From Eledone cirrhosa (lineage: Eukaryota): a DNA stretch of 64,000 bases. A model generated the notes under the pieces. That model searched no databases. It saw nothing but the letters and a program-made list of their open reading frames with translations, and had not been told where the DNA came from. The DNA is taken from positions 12,462,001-12,526,000 of the forward strand of contig OZ024765.1 of assembly GCA_964016885.1 (NCBI GenBank), read 5' to 3'. The stretch's first letter is position 1; every line of letters starts with the position of its first letter. Both the position numbers and the translations under genes were made by a program. Below, in pieces: positions 40,498 through 53,228 of this stretch.

Positions 40498-40738
40498 CAT
40501 ATGTAGTATCTCCATTTCCTGTATTTTCTTCGTAGTCGTGCTCCTTCACATGATCTTCGTTGATTTTGGTTTCCTCCGCATGTTGCACTATCAGAGCATT
40601 GTATGCTGCATCTTTCTCCTCGGTCTCCCTCCTAATGGCTTCTAACTGCTCTTGTAGTTGACGCATCTGGGTCTCCTTTTCGGATATCTCCTCAGCACGT
40701 TTTATGGCAACTTCTTGTGCCTCCAACACTTCTTTTTC
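40498..40738 (-). CDS. ERM exon I, helical region and linker
   Basis: 241 nt, AG/GTAGG, phase 0 to 1. Encodes EKEVLEAQEVAIKRAEEISEKETQMRQLQEQLEAIRRETEEKDAAYNALIVQHAEETKINEDHVKEHDYEENTGNGDTTY. Confidence 0.9.
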
Positions 40739-41064
40739 CTATGAAAAGATATAAGAAAATTTAAGAAAGATCATGACGAATGGAGAGATGCTGTGCTGAA
40801 TAGGACCCGTCCCACCCTTGCAGGCAGGGAAAAGCAGACGTAAAATGATGATGATGAAAGAAAAAGCATCTGACGATGGTAGTGCTCCACCATGGCCACA
40901 GCCTGTTGACTGATCGTCTGGTGGTTGGAACCAGTCCAGTAACAGTATCAGGGAGGGAATGGGCATGTGATGTGCATGGATGAGGATTGGTGGGTGTTGA
41001 AGTGCCAAGAAAGCTCAGTGGGAGGAAGCTGGTGTTCCATTTTCTACGCTGTGTCTGAGTATGT

Positions 41065-41350
41065 ATGTGTTTCTGTATGTGCGTGTCTGTGAGAGAGTAT
41101 GTGTGCGTGTCTGTGAGAGTATGTGTGCGTGTCTGTGAGAGAGTATGTGTGCGTGTCTGTGAGAGAGTATGTGTGCGTGTCTGTGAGAGAGTATGTGTGC
41201 GTGTCTGTGAGAGAGTATGTGTGCGTGTCTGTGAGAGAGTATGTGTGCGTGTCTGTGAGAGAGTATGTGTGCGTGTCTGTGAGAGAGTATGTGTGCGTGT
41301 CTGTGAGAGAGTATGTGTGCGTGTGTGAGAGAGTATGTGTGCGTGTGTGT
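41065..41350. repeat. 24-bp minisatellite
   Basis: (GTATGTGTGCGTGTCTGTGAGAGA)n. Confidence 0.92.
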
Positions 41351-41428
41351 GTACTAAATACGTGTCAGTGTGTTGAAAAAAGCATTCTAGTGAAATAAAA
41401 AGGGTAAAATTTCCCCAAATCTACTCAC

Positions 41429-41589
41429 TTTTTGACTTCTTACTTCTTTTTCGAGGTCTACATTTTTCAGGGCTTCTTGTTTCAACTCTTCTGCCACAGC
41501 CCTCTCACTTAATAGGTCTTCTCTTTCCTTGCTAAATTTATGCAAACTATCTTCCAATTCCATCTTTTTCTTCTCAGATACATCCAAAT
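41429..41589 (-). CDS. ERM exon H, alpha-helical region
   Basis: 161 nt, AG/GTGAG, phase 1 to 0. Encodes (D)LDVSEKKKMELEDSLHKFSKEREDLLSERAVAEELKQEALKNVDLEKEVRSQK. Confidence 0.9.
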
Positions 41590-42384
41590 CTGCCAGACGA
41601 AAGAGAAAAAAATTAGCAAAAGAATATGTAATGATATAAGGAAAACAGTGGAGCTTCGAATGAATTGAAAATGCAGGAAAAAACTGTTAGATATTTCCTG
41701 TTTGAGGCGAGTATTTTACCCAATTTTCTAAGATTTATAGCAGTCAACTGTGTTCACAGTTATTACCTGTGTTTGAGAGAGGAAATTTTACCTGATATTC
41801 TTAGCTGCTATCTATAACAATCAACTGAGTTCACAGATATGTCCTGTGTTTGAGAAGTGAAATTTTACCTAATTTTCTAAGCTTTCAAATCCCACTGGGG
41901 TTAGCTGTGCCTTTCACCCTTATGGAGTTGATCAAATAAAGTACCAGTAACACACTGGAGTCTCAATTTAACCTTTAGCATTTAAACTAGCCGTATCTGG
42001 CCAGAATTCTCTAACCTCTTTCTGTTCAAACCCGCCGTAACTTATTGTTCTCAAAATAAATATCAAAATTTCAGATTCAATATTATGTGAGATAAAAGTC
42101 TTCACTGTGAAAATATAATAACATATATAGAGTAATCATCATCATCATCATCGTTTAACATCTATCTTCCATGCTAGCATGGGTTAGACGGGAGTTGTTC
42201 CACTTGATTGGTCGAGTGACCGCGTCTCGCTCGTATAGGACTATCTGGCAGGTTTTCTACAGCTGGATGCACTTCATAACACCAACCACATTTACAGTGT
42301 GGACTGGAATCTTTTTCACCGTGTCTCCTACACAGCCACCTTACAGTGTGGACTTAACCAATGAGAAATATTAAACACATAGCT

Positions 42385-42710
42385 TACTGGTTAGAGCATT
42401 TGCCTTGCAATTGAAAGGTTTTGAGTTCAATTCTCAGACCGGGTAATGTGTTTCCTTGAGCAAGACACTTTATTTCACATTGCTCCAGTTTACTCAGCTG
42501 TAGAAATGAGATGATAGGGACTGGGGTTCCTATCATTCCACTGCAAAGTGGTCGTGGAGGTGCCATGGCAAAACAGCACCCAGCACTCACTGTAAATGAG
42601 GTTGGTGTTAGGAAGGGCATCCAGCTGTAGAAATCAAGCCAGAATCAGTTCCATCCCACCCTTGCAAGCAGGGAAAAGCGGATGTAAAATGATGATGATG
42701 ATGATGATGA
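42385..42710 (+). mobile_element. tRNA-derived SINE (second family) with (GAT)n tail abutting the exon G donor
   Basis: TGGTTAGAGC...GAGTTCAATTC head; the tail ends about 5 nt from the exon boundary at 42716. Confidence 0.8.
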
Positions 42711-42715
42711 AATAC

Positions 42716-42825
42716 CTTTCTGGCGGTTCTCAGCTTCTCGTAACAATTCTTCCAGTTTGGCTTCATATGATTGTAACCTTTTCTCGGCCTCTTCTCGTTT
42801 TTTACGTTCCTGCTCAATCTTTTCA
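42716..42825 (-). CDS. ERM exon G, alpha-helical region
   Basis: 110 nt, AG/GTATT, phase 2 to 1, keeps frame. Encodes EKIEQERKKREEAEKRLQSYEAKLEELLREAENRQK. Confidence 0.9.
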
Positions 42826-43392
42826 CTGAAAAAATAGAAACATTATCATGTAAACGTGGCCGATCTCTTGAACTGTAGCAAAACAGTTCCATTTGCTTCG
42901 CAGAGTGTGAATATGTGTAAATTCATGTGTGTTTGCACGTTTATATTTATATACTCATACATATAAATGTATGCAAATGCATATACACACATATACACAT
43001 ATGCATCAGCATTTTGAAAAAAATTCTAGTAGTGAAAAAATTCATATATCAAACTTCTTCATTTTCCCCTCCTATCTTCTGCACCACATTCACCAACTTG
43101 TATTTCTTCTTCCATCTTCAGCCTTATATTTCTTGGTCATCTTACTTTATTTTTTCCCCCCATACATCTCTATTACTCCTCTCATCTTTCCTCAACACAT
43201 GACCTAACCATCTCATCTCTCTTCACTTCACATTTGTCACTAGCTCTATTCCCATCACTCCCAGTTACTCATATTTCCTCAACACACGACCCAGCCATCT
43301 CATATCCTGTTTCTCTCTCCACAACAGCCATCACTAGCTCTATTGCTCTCATCGTAGCAAAACAATACTAAAAAGCAGACAAAGGGTCCTAC

Positions 43393-43556
43393 CGATCCTG
43401 TTGTTTGGCCATCTTTTCTTCTTTTGCCTGAGCTTTCATCTGTTGTACTTCAATAGTATCTGGTTTTCGGCGGCGCATATACAGCTCATGATTTCCCATA
43501 CACAGAGTAAGAATACGTTTATTAATCCGTAACCGGGGTGCATAGAAGATAAAATC
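43393..43556 (-). CDS. ERM exon F, end of FERM and start of helical domain
   Basis: 164 nt, AG/GTAGG. Encodes [54 protein letters not shown](R). Confidence 0.98.
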
Positions 43557-43973
43557 CTGTAAAAGAAAGAAACATATATGACAGCTTCCCTAGTGCCAGT
43601 GATCTACACAAACGCACCTAGTAAACTGTAAAGTGTTTAGTTATAGAAAGGGCATCCAGCCATAGAAAGCTTGCCAAACAAAGGATTGCGAGGACGCTTT
43701 AGTTGTATGGCGGACATGACAGCCTCTCTAGTGCTGGTGATTTACACAATAAACGCACCCAGTACACACTGTAAAGTGGATGGTGTCGTTAAAGCTGTAG
43801 AAGGCTTGGCAAACAAAGTGTGTCAAACGACATAATTTCTCTGCACTCAATTGTCGTACACAAGCAGGACACAGACCCCTTGGCCTGTCTGGAAAGACAA
43901 ATTAGCCTCACTTCAATACTGACTTGGTCTATGTAGACTAACAGGAAAAGTGGACGTTAAACGGTGATAATGT

Positions 43974-44005
<32 letters not shown>

Positions 44006-44297
44006 CTATACATACATGCATGCATACATACATTATATATATACACACACACACACAAACATTGAATTAATATTAACAGCGCGTATTAGCCTCTAGAATG
44101 TAAAAAAAAAAATTTAAAAAAAAAAAAAAAAGGGAGGGGGGCATTAGCTAATGCCAATTTTTTTCCATTCTAAGGGCTTATATGCTCTATGGTACTAGGA
44201 ACTGAGCATATAATATCTAAATAAGAGTTCCCTAATTTGCGGAAAAATCCCATAAGTGATCCATAAAAACTGTTTGGGAACTACTGCAATGGGGTTA

Positions 44298-44507
<210 letters not shown>

Positions 44508-45237
44508 TTAATTGGAAAGAGTCATCAAACATTGAAGTTATCTGTATGTATATTATATATAGACCTGTAACTAACTCCTGAAGGAGTTGTAGGGATCAAG
44601 TCATGACATATCGCATGTCTTAGGCATTTTAAATATCTCTCTTCTACGCGAAACTCCGCCAGTTGCAGACTGCGCATCAACACGAGATATTTTTCTCCAC
44701 AAAGTTCGATCACTAACAGCAGAGTTTAAATAGCAAAGATCAAGTCCAGTTTGGCTGCCGGCCTCTGCTTCTCTTACCAGCCAACCTTCCTTCCTTCCAG
44801 GAATATATAATACCTTTTGATCACCAGCAGCAGAGTTTCAAGAGAAAAGATCAAGTCCAGTTGACATTATCAAGCCATCGTTTTGGCTGCCGGCCTCTGC
44901 TTCTCCAACCAGCCAACCTTCCTTCCGGACATAACCTACTCACACCACAAGTTGATCTTTTTGTATGACCGTATAGTTTGAGTACTGTTAACTTGACAAT
45001 TTATGTAATTGGGCTAAGTCTGACAGACCCTATATCTGTTCAGGTCAACACAAAATAAAGAATAAGTGAAACTCCAAAATTACAAGACTCACTATTTAGC
45101 CTAAATAAAATGAATATTTAAACACTACTTCGGTATTTAGTACTCTTCGAAAGCCTTTCTTTAGCTATGAATTTGGAAACTGATACTGATGGTACAGTGC
45201 CATTTAGTGTGTTCCAGCAGAAGCTAAGGGCAGGTAA

Positions 45238-45278
45238 CTAGCTATAATTATATTTCTGACTGGTCATTATCAAGCTAG
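45238..45278 (-). ncRNA. Hammerhead variant with U3-A8 core (family B), sense to the ERM intron between exons D and E
   Basis: CUAGC UUGAUAA UGAC CA GUCA GAAA UAUAAUUA UA / GCUAG. Same outer stem (UCCAGCAG/CUGCUGGA, 45210-45307) as the 39.1 kb copy. Confidence 0.6.
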
Positions 45279-46074
45279 CGCTCCTTACCCCGGTCGCTGC
45301 TGGAACATAATACGGGTGTAAACATATAGTTTAGAAGCCTATGTACATAGGCTGATCAGCCCCATTTGCAAATACAACTTCCTAAATAACGTGTTCTTGT
45401 CTTTGCAAGAAATTGTTGTTCTTGCTACACATAACGACATAATTACTCTTGTTTCATTTACATGTATTTGTTTTTATTGTGTATCGACCTTTATATTTTG
45501 TTGAATCACCAGTCTGATCAGTAGATCAATGCTGGAATCGGGATCCCAACTGCCATGAGTGACCTTGCGCCAATCATCTGTGAAACACATGTAACAGATC
45601 AATACACAATATAAACATAAATGCATATAAATGAAACCTCATTTTTCTTATATATATATTTATATATATATATATACATATTAAAATTAAATGAGAAAAA
45701 AAACTAATTCTGGGAGTATAAACAAAATTTTTCTATCTAACTTTGCTTATATATAGATCTCCCTACCATAGTTTCATATGGGGAAGAATTATTACTGGAA
45801 CTACCAATAATTCAAGAATATGCCATACTATCTCTCTCTCTCTCTGTGCGTGTGTGCGTGCGTACACTTTTAACTTTCCAAAACATTGTTTCATTTAATA
45901 CCTTATTAAAATTATGGTGGTGGGAGGGAAATGAGATTGTAATATAGATATAGGTTCCCTGATTTTTTTGAAAAAAAAAAGGAGCTTTTTTTCTAGAGAG
46001 AGTTAGAGAGAAAGTGAGAGATATAGAGGAAGAATCGGCCCCATATTGGTAGGGAGAAAAATATGTTAACTCAC

Positions 46075-46221
46075 CTATCGTCCTTCTCATAGACATTAAG
46101 TCCAAGAGCATCAACACCCAACCACAAATCTGTGCCACGTTTGTTCTTTATTTCAAAATAGTTCACACCATACATTTCAAGATCTTGGATAATCTTCAGG
46201 TATTCCATCATGGCATCCTCT
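46075..46221 (-). CDS. ERM exon D, FERM F2/F3
   Basis: 147 nt, AG/GTGAG. Encodes [48 protein letters not shown](R). Confidence 0.97.
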
Positions 46222-47120
46222 CTAAAAACGGAGAAATTATATATCATATATTAGTAAAAATAATGGTTTCTGATTCAAGCACAAACCCAACAATTTAGGG
46301 GATGGGAAAGCCAATTACTGGTACTTTATTTTATCGACCCTGTAAGGATGAAAAGTAAAGCTAACCTCGGTGGGATTTGAACTCAGAATGTAAAGGGACG
46401 TAACTATATGCAGCAAAAACATGGTGTCTGATGTTCTACCGATACTGTCAATCCACCACCCTTATAATAATAATAATTGATTAAATCAATCGACAAGACA
46501 CCAGACCTCACTCACTAAATGGCATGGAACTTGTCAAATCGGACCCAGGAAACAATGTTTCCATTGCTAATCTATCAACAGGTAGCAACTCCTGGCAAAA
46601 TGATAATAATGCCGGTTTCTGATTTAGGCAGAAGGCTAACGATTTTGAGGAAGGGAAAAGTCGATTAAATCAACCCCAATGCATTACTGGTACTGTATTT
46701 TATCGACTCCGTAAGGATGAAAGGCAAAGTTAGCTTCGGCAGAATTTGAACTCAGATCGTAAAGGGCCGTAACTATGCCATAAAGCAGGTGTCCCCAACC
46801 CCCGGCCCACGAAGGCCTTTATTCTGCCTGCGAGGGTTCTAGCAAGGGTACAGATTGCAATAAATTTGCACCCAGTCTATCGATATTGCCGAATAAAACA
46901 ATGTTTAAATGTATTTTTCTGCTTGGGACAGCTCTAAGTATCAATATTGAATTTTGTTTCAAATCTAACATAAGGGATAAATAAATGATTACTTATTTGT
47001 ATATAAGTAGTATTAATTGCACATCCAGCCCGCGGAGAGTCCGCTGCATGGCTATCCGGCCCGCAGACCCAAAGCATAATAGACATGTGGAAGAGAGAGA
47101 GAGTCATTTCAAAAACCTAC

Positions 47121-47204
47121 CTCAACATCCTCTTATGTTCTTGATACCAAGTGACGATTCTCTCTTCCCACTGAGCTGAACTCAACTTGTGTTGGTCAAA
47201 TACT
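47121..47204 (-). CDS. ERM exon C, FERM F2
   Basis: 84 nt, AG/GTAGG, phase 2 to 2. Encodes VFDQHKLSSAQWEERIVTWYQEHKRML(R). Confidence 0.96.
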
Positions 47205-48589
47205 CTGTTGAAAAAAGAAGGAAAAGAAAAATTAAAATTATGAAATGGCAGAACAGTTTGATATAACGAAATAAAGACATACTTGAATCTTGCCTTTGTA
47301 CTTACTTTTTCAAACCTGGTATTTTATCAATCTCTATTTTTTAACCCTTTAGCATTTGCATCACGCTATACTTTCTATTGTATTTTCACAGTAAACACTT
47401 TATCTCACATAATATCTAATCTACGAGATTTTGATACCATTTATTTTGAGAATAACATTAACATAAGTATGAGCAGCCAGTTATGGCTGGCTTGAACAGA
47501 AAAAAAGACGAGAGAATTCTGGCCATCTAACGTGTTCCATTCTGGCTGGCACAAGTCTGGGCAAGGTTGTTTGAGGAAGACCAGCAGTCGTCCATGCATA
47601 CCAGCCTCCTCTTTCCATGGCACCGATGTTATACAAGGGAAAGGCAATGGCCGATATAGCTTGGCACCAGTGATGTCACAACTATATATACACTATACTC
47701 TACACATACACTATACATACACTACACTCAATATATACACTCTACACTCAATATATACACTCTACACTCAATATATACACTCTACACTCAATATATACAC
47801 TCTACTATATATGGTGTTGTCCAAGAGAAAGGCAATGGGTGATACAGCTTCACACCAGTGACGTCACAACTCATTTCTGCAGCTGAATAAACTGAAGTAA
47901 AGTGTCCTGCTCAAGGACTCAACACCGCCCGATTTGGGAATTAAACTTACAACCCCATGACTGTTAATCAAATTCTCTAACCCAATGTTTCTCAGAACCC
48001 TAGGGTTCCATGAGAAACAGTGATAAATAAGCTAAAGCATAGATATTATTAATTGTTTCTACTTTTGGCACAAGGCCAGCAATTACCCAGTGCATTACTG
48101 GTACTTTATTTTATCAACCCCATAAGGATGAAAGGCAAAGTTAACCTCAGCTGGATTTGAACTCAGAATGGCAAGGGCCGTAACTATGCTGGAAAGCATG
48201 GTGTCCGACCCTCTACTGATACTGCCAATCCACCACATCATATATTAATAATGATATATAATAATTCTATGCAGGGGAGTTCACTGAGATGTAAATCTAA
48301 CTCACAACCTTCTGATTGCAAACCCAATGCTCTAACCACTAAGCCATGCGCCTCACCCACCCTAACAACAACAACAATAACCAGACCACTTAGCAGTATC
48401 ATGAAAAATTAACAAGTAGACCACCTTATACCTATTAATTTTCAATAGAAGGAAAAAAAAAAAAAAAAAAAAACAAACTTTGTAGTGTAATACAGGTGCT
48501 AATTACTTCATTGTTCTATATATCAAGGTAGATCTATATTTAGAAGGCTCTTGGCAGTGTGTGTGAGTGGCTTATGTACAGGTGACTAT

Positions 48590-49415
48590 GTCCATGTGTG
48601 TGTGTGCATATCGTCTGTGTGTGTATGTGTGTGCTTGTATATCGTCTGTGTGTGTATGTGTGTGCTTGTATATCGTCTGTGTGTGTATGTGTGTGCTTGT
48701 ATATCGTCTGTGTGTGTATGCGTGTGCTTGTATATCGTCTGTGTGTGTATGTGTGTGTATGTGTGTGCTTGTATATCGTCTGTGTGTATATGTGTGTGCT
48801 TGTATATCGTCTGTGTGTGTATGTGTGTGCTTGTATATCGTCTGTGTGTATGTGTGTGCTTGTATATCATCTGTGTGTGTATGTGTGTGCTTGTATATCG
48901 TCTGTGTGTGTATGTGTGTGCTTGTATATCGTCTGTGTGTGTATGTGTGTGCTTGTATATCGTCTGTGTGTGTATGTGTGTGCTTGTATATCGTCTGTGT
49001 GTATGCGTGTGCTTGTATATCGTCTGTGTGTGTATGTGTGTGCTTGTATATCGTCTGTGTGTATATGCGTGTGCTTGTATATCGTCTGTGTGTATGTGTG
49101 TGTATGTGTGTGCTTGTATATCGTCTGTGTGTATATGTGTGTGCTTGTATATCGTCTGTGTGTGTATGTGTGTGCTTGTATATCATCTGTGTATGTGTGC
49201 TTGTATATCATCTGTGTATGTGTGTGCTTGTATATCGTCTGTGTATGTGTGTGTGCTTGTATATCGTCTGTGTGTGTATGTGTGTGCTTGTATATCGTCT
49301 GTGTGTGTATGTGTGTGCTTGTATATCGTCTGTGTGTGTATGTGTGTGCTTGTATATCGTCTGTGTGTGTATGTGTGTGTGCTTGTATATCGTCTGTGTG
49401 TGTATGTGTGTGCGT
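48590..49415. repeat. ~30-bp minisatellite
   Basis: (GCTTGTATATCGTCTGTGTGTGTATGTGTGT)n. Confidence 0.92.
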
Positions 49416-49932
49416 GTCTGAGTATGTGAGCATGTATGTGTACATGTGTGAATGTGAGTATACATGTGTGAATGTTTGAATGTGTGTGAATATGCAAGTG
49501 TATGTGAGTATGCAAGTGTATGTGAGTTTACATGTGTAAATGTGTGTGTGTGCATGCGAGTATACATTGTGTGTGTGTGTATGTGAGTATACATGTGTGT
49601 GTATGTGAGTATACATGTGTGTGTATGTGAGTATACATGTGTGCGTGTGTGAATGTGTGTGTGAATGTGAAGGTATGTCTTTCATTCATCATTCTTATTT
49701 GACTTAGTTGGTCAGAACACTATTCACACTTCCTCTCCATATGTACAACGTAACATGGCTGTCCCCAGTACTGCAAGATGGAGAATTCCTGAATCTTGTG
49801 AGAATCTCTGGTTAAGTCATTTTTTGGACAATGGACACTACCAGAGGGCTTCCCTCATATTACCACTGCTTAATTTTGATTTTATATATATTTTTTATAA
49901 CATTTCCATCTTTGTATAACTTGTTTGTAAAA

Positions 49933-50010
49933 TACAGTGTCCCCCAAAAATATATACACTTTTATTAGAATGCTGTTTAAATATGTATACATTTTTGGGG
50001 GACACCCTGT
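49933..50010. mobile_element. Tiny Tc1/mariner-type MITE (relatives at ~16560-16638 and ~27890-27972)
   Basis: TA-CAGTGTCCCCCAAAAA ... TTTTTGGGGGACACCCTG inverted ends around a shared TAGAATGCTGTT core. Confidence 0.5.
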
Positions 50011-50972
50011 GTAGTTGACATAAAATCCTTGATTATTTTCAAAATTATTTGAAAATCATGCATAATGTCTGTCTTTCGTTAGAAATATGGTAATGAAAGA
50101 GTTTTAATTAAATACATTAGCAACACCCCAGAATACTAAACATTTTTTCTAGACAATCATTTAGGAAAAGACAAATAAATTACACCTAAAATAATCCCTT
50201 TTAGCTGACCCACTACCATCACCCTCGTATACGCCCACCTACAGCCCACACAGTACATACAGCAATGTTAATTGCTCAAGGCAAGGCCCTCACTAATACT
50301 GCAGTGAGTCACTAACCACTCCTAATTAAGACAGATTTGGGTGGTTGGTGGTAAAAAGAAAAGGAAGTCAGTTTTATTTGCTAAAAGTGTGTGTGTGTGT
50401 CCATAAGCCTACTCAAACAAGACACCCTCACACACACCACCACCACCACCTCCCATTTAGCTCAAACTTCCTGCAGTACTAGTTCACGAATGGACTGACC
50501 AGTTTGCTGTGACTGGACTGAACAAGACTAGACTGAACTGGACTAGCTGCCTGGGCTGACAACCTAGGACCTCCAAAAAAAATAGAACTATTGGGTGGGT
50601 AGTTTAGCTGGTCTGGCAAACTAGGATCTCCTCAAAAATAGAACTATTGCATGGGTAGCTGGCCTGATACCAAGGACCCCTAAATAAGAACTATTGCGTG
50701 GGTAGCTAGCTAACCCAACAACCTAGGACCCGTAAAAAATAAAACTATTGGGTGGGTGTTGTGACAAACTAGGACCCCTCAAAGGCAATGACACAGGATC
50801 AAGATATAGCAGTAATACAGAAGGCCTGACATCCCATGGGTACAGGACGAATCTGAAGCATATATTGGGTGGGTGGGTGGCTAGCTGGCCTGGCAACCTA
50901 GAGAACTTATAGGCCCAAGGGCTGACAACCTATCCATCCCCACTGTAACTACCACCAACAGCAAGATACATG

Positions 50973-51004
<32 letters not shown>

Positions 51005-51399
51005 CACCTCCAGGTTCGGTGGTGGGGTGTAGGGTGATAAATATTTGATTGACCTCTGAATTTGGAGACAGTGGGGTGATAAATATTTGATTGACCTGCG
51101 AATTGGAGACAGCTAGTCTGGTCAGAGATATTTCAACACCAACAAAAAGATGGTAGTGTGTGGGGGGAGGGGTGGGGGAGAATGAGGAGGACAAAACAAA
51201 AGAGATTTGTTTTTTTAATGGATTCAGACTTATATTTCTTAACTTTCAAGTATTTTTTGTTGCTTTTCCCACATTAGAGAAAATGATTGGGGGGGGGGGG
51301 GGGGGGACAAAGAGCTGGAGGGATATAGAGAGAGAAAGAGACATACAGACAGAGAGAAAGTCAAGGAGATAGAGAGACAGAGAGAGAGAGAAGGTGATT

Positions 51400-51676
51400 G
51401 AAAATAAGGCAAGGAGAGAGATAGAAAGACAGACAGTGTGTGAGAGATATATATAGAGAGAGATATAGAGAGAGATAGAGAGAGAAAGAGAGAGATAGAG
51501 AGAGAAAGAGAGAGATAGAGAGAGATAGAGAGAAAGAGAGAGAGAGAAAGAGAGATAGAGAGAGAGAAAGAGATAGAGAGAGAGAAAGAGATAGAGAGAG
51601 AGAAAGAGATAGAGAGAGAGAGAGATAGCGAAAGAGATAGAGATAGCGAAAGAGATAGAGAAAGAGATAGAGAGAT

Positions 51677-51707
<31 letters not shown>

Positions 51708-52088
51708 TAGAGAGATAGAGAGAGCTGATGTGTGAAGGTTCCAGTATTTTCCAGTTAAATGTCTTAAACTTACAGAGTTGGTTGAGTCACATAGCTTGAA
51801 ACTAGTTTTTATTTATTAGGTCAGTAGGAATAACAGCAGTGGTGGTAGTGGTGATAGTAGTAGTAGCAATAGTAGTTGTAATGGTGGTAGTAGTAGTGGT
51901 AATGGTAGCAATAGTAGTTGTGGTGGTAGTAGTATAGTAGTTGTAGTGGTGGTAGTGGTGGTATAGTTGTGGTAGTATAGAAGTTGTAGTGGCGGTATAG
52001 TTGTAGTGGTAGTATAGTAGTTGTAGTGGTAGTATAGTAGTTGTAGTGGTAGTATAGTAGTTGTGGTGGTAGTATAGTAGTTGTGGTG

Positions 52089-52131
<43 letters not shown>

Positions 52132-52231
52132 TCACATACACACATATACATAGAGAGATGTGTATGTGCAGATATACCCATATATCTATATACATACACT
52201 TATACACATAGAGAGAGAGGGAATGATGTAC

Positions 52232-52270
<39 letters not shown>

Positions 52271-52300
52271 AAGAGAGAGAGTGAGAGAGAGAGCCATATA
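51400..52300. repeat. (GA/GATA)n, (GTA/GTG)n, (TA)n and (TG)n microsatellites
   Basis: Direct reading. Confidence 0.95.
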
Positions 52301-52920
52301 CACATACATAAACACACACTGCTGTATCATTATGGTTGGTTAGGGTTTTCCTTGCAGTTAAACAGTGTTACATGGTGATCTGGAAATGAAGGGATATAGC
52401 AGTGATAATTATGGAAGCAGTGTCGATATTTATTACTAACAACTATTGCTTCACATCACCAAAGTAAATCGTTATTTGTAGCTTAAGCACAGGTCAGCCC
52501 TGATCAAGTAGACCCTATAATTAAAAAAGCTTTCTATCGGTCAATTCTTGTATGTATCCGGTTTATAATAGTTAAGGGTGCACTGTATCACTGAAGGTCA
52601 CAAGAGGCGAGTGACTAAAAGAGTTATCATCAGAAGAGCATTTCGCCATAAACCATTGCCTTGAAGAAGAATCCCATGATGAGTAAGAAGCTTGCCATGA
52701 GGCCCCGTGCAAAGCCAACTCCTGATTCAGCAGCAGGAATAACCTTAACACTTTCATTACCATATTCCTAAGAAAAGACACTGCCTTTGATATTCAGATA
52801 ATTTGGAAAATTAGACATTTGGAAAGGTTTAGTAATAAAACTAACTTTCTCATTGTTAAGCTAAGGTTCTTATACCAAATTATGATGGAAATTTTCTAGA
52901 TAAATATAAACACTTTAACC

Positions 52921-53228
52921 CAGGGATGTGCAACATATTCCATTTTTGAACATTGGAACGACTATTAGGGCCATTGATATTTATTAAGCACTATTCCAAA
53001 GATTCACCACAACTTCTTTCCATAACATGGAACTGAGAAATTATAACACACAAAACCCTATCAGTGAAGCCCTTTAGTATAGGTCAACTAACAGAAAACC
53101 GTATTACGGTTCAGAAAAAATTTTTAAATAAGCCTACAAGGTAAAAATTAAAAATGGTCATCACGGGCCACTCTGACTGGTCTGGCGGGCTGGATTGTGG
53201 CCCACAGGCCGCCTGTTGCACACCCCTG
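52921..53228. mobile_element. hAT (Charlie-like) MITE
   Basis: Termini CAGGGATGTGCAAC / GTTGCACACCCCTG; 8-bp flanks CTTTAACC / TTTTAACC; subterminal GCGGGC/GGCCC motifs. Confidence 0.65.

Noticed and set aside
48551-49685. Cys/Val-rich ORFs
   Set aside because: Translated ~30-bp minisatellite in an intron.
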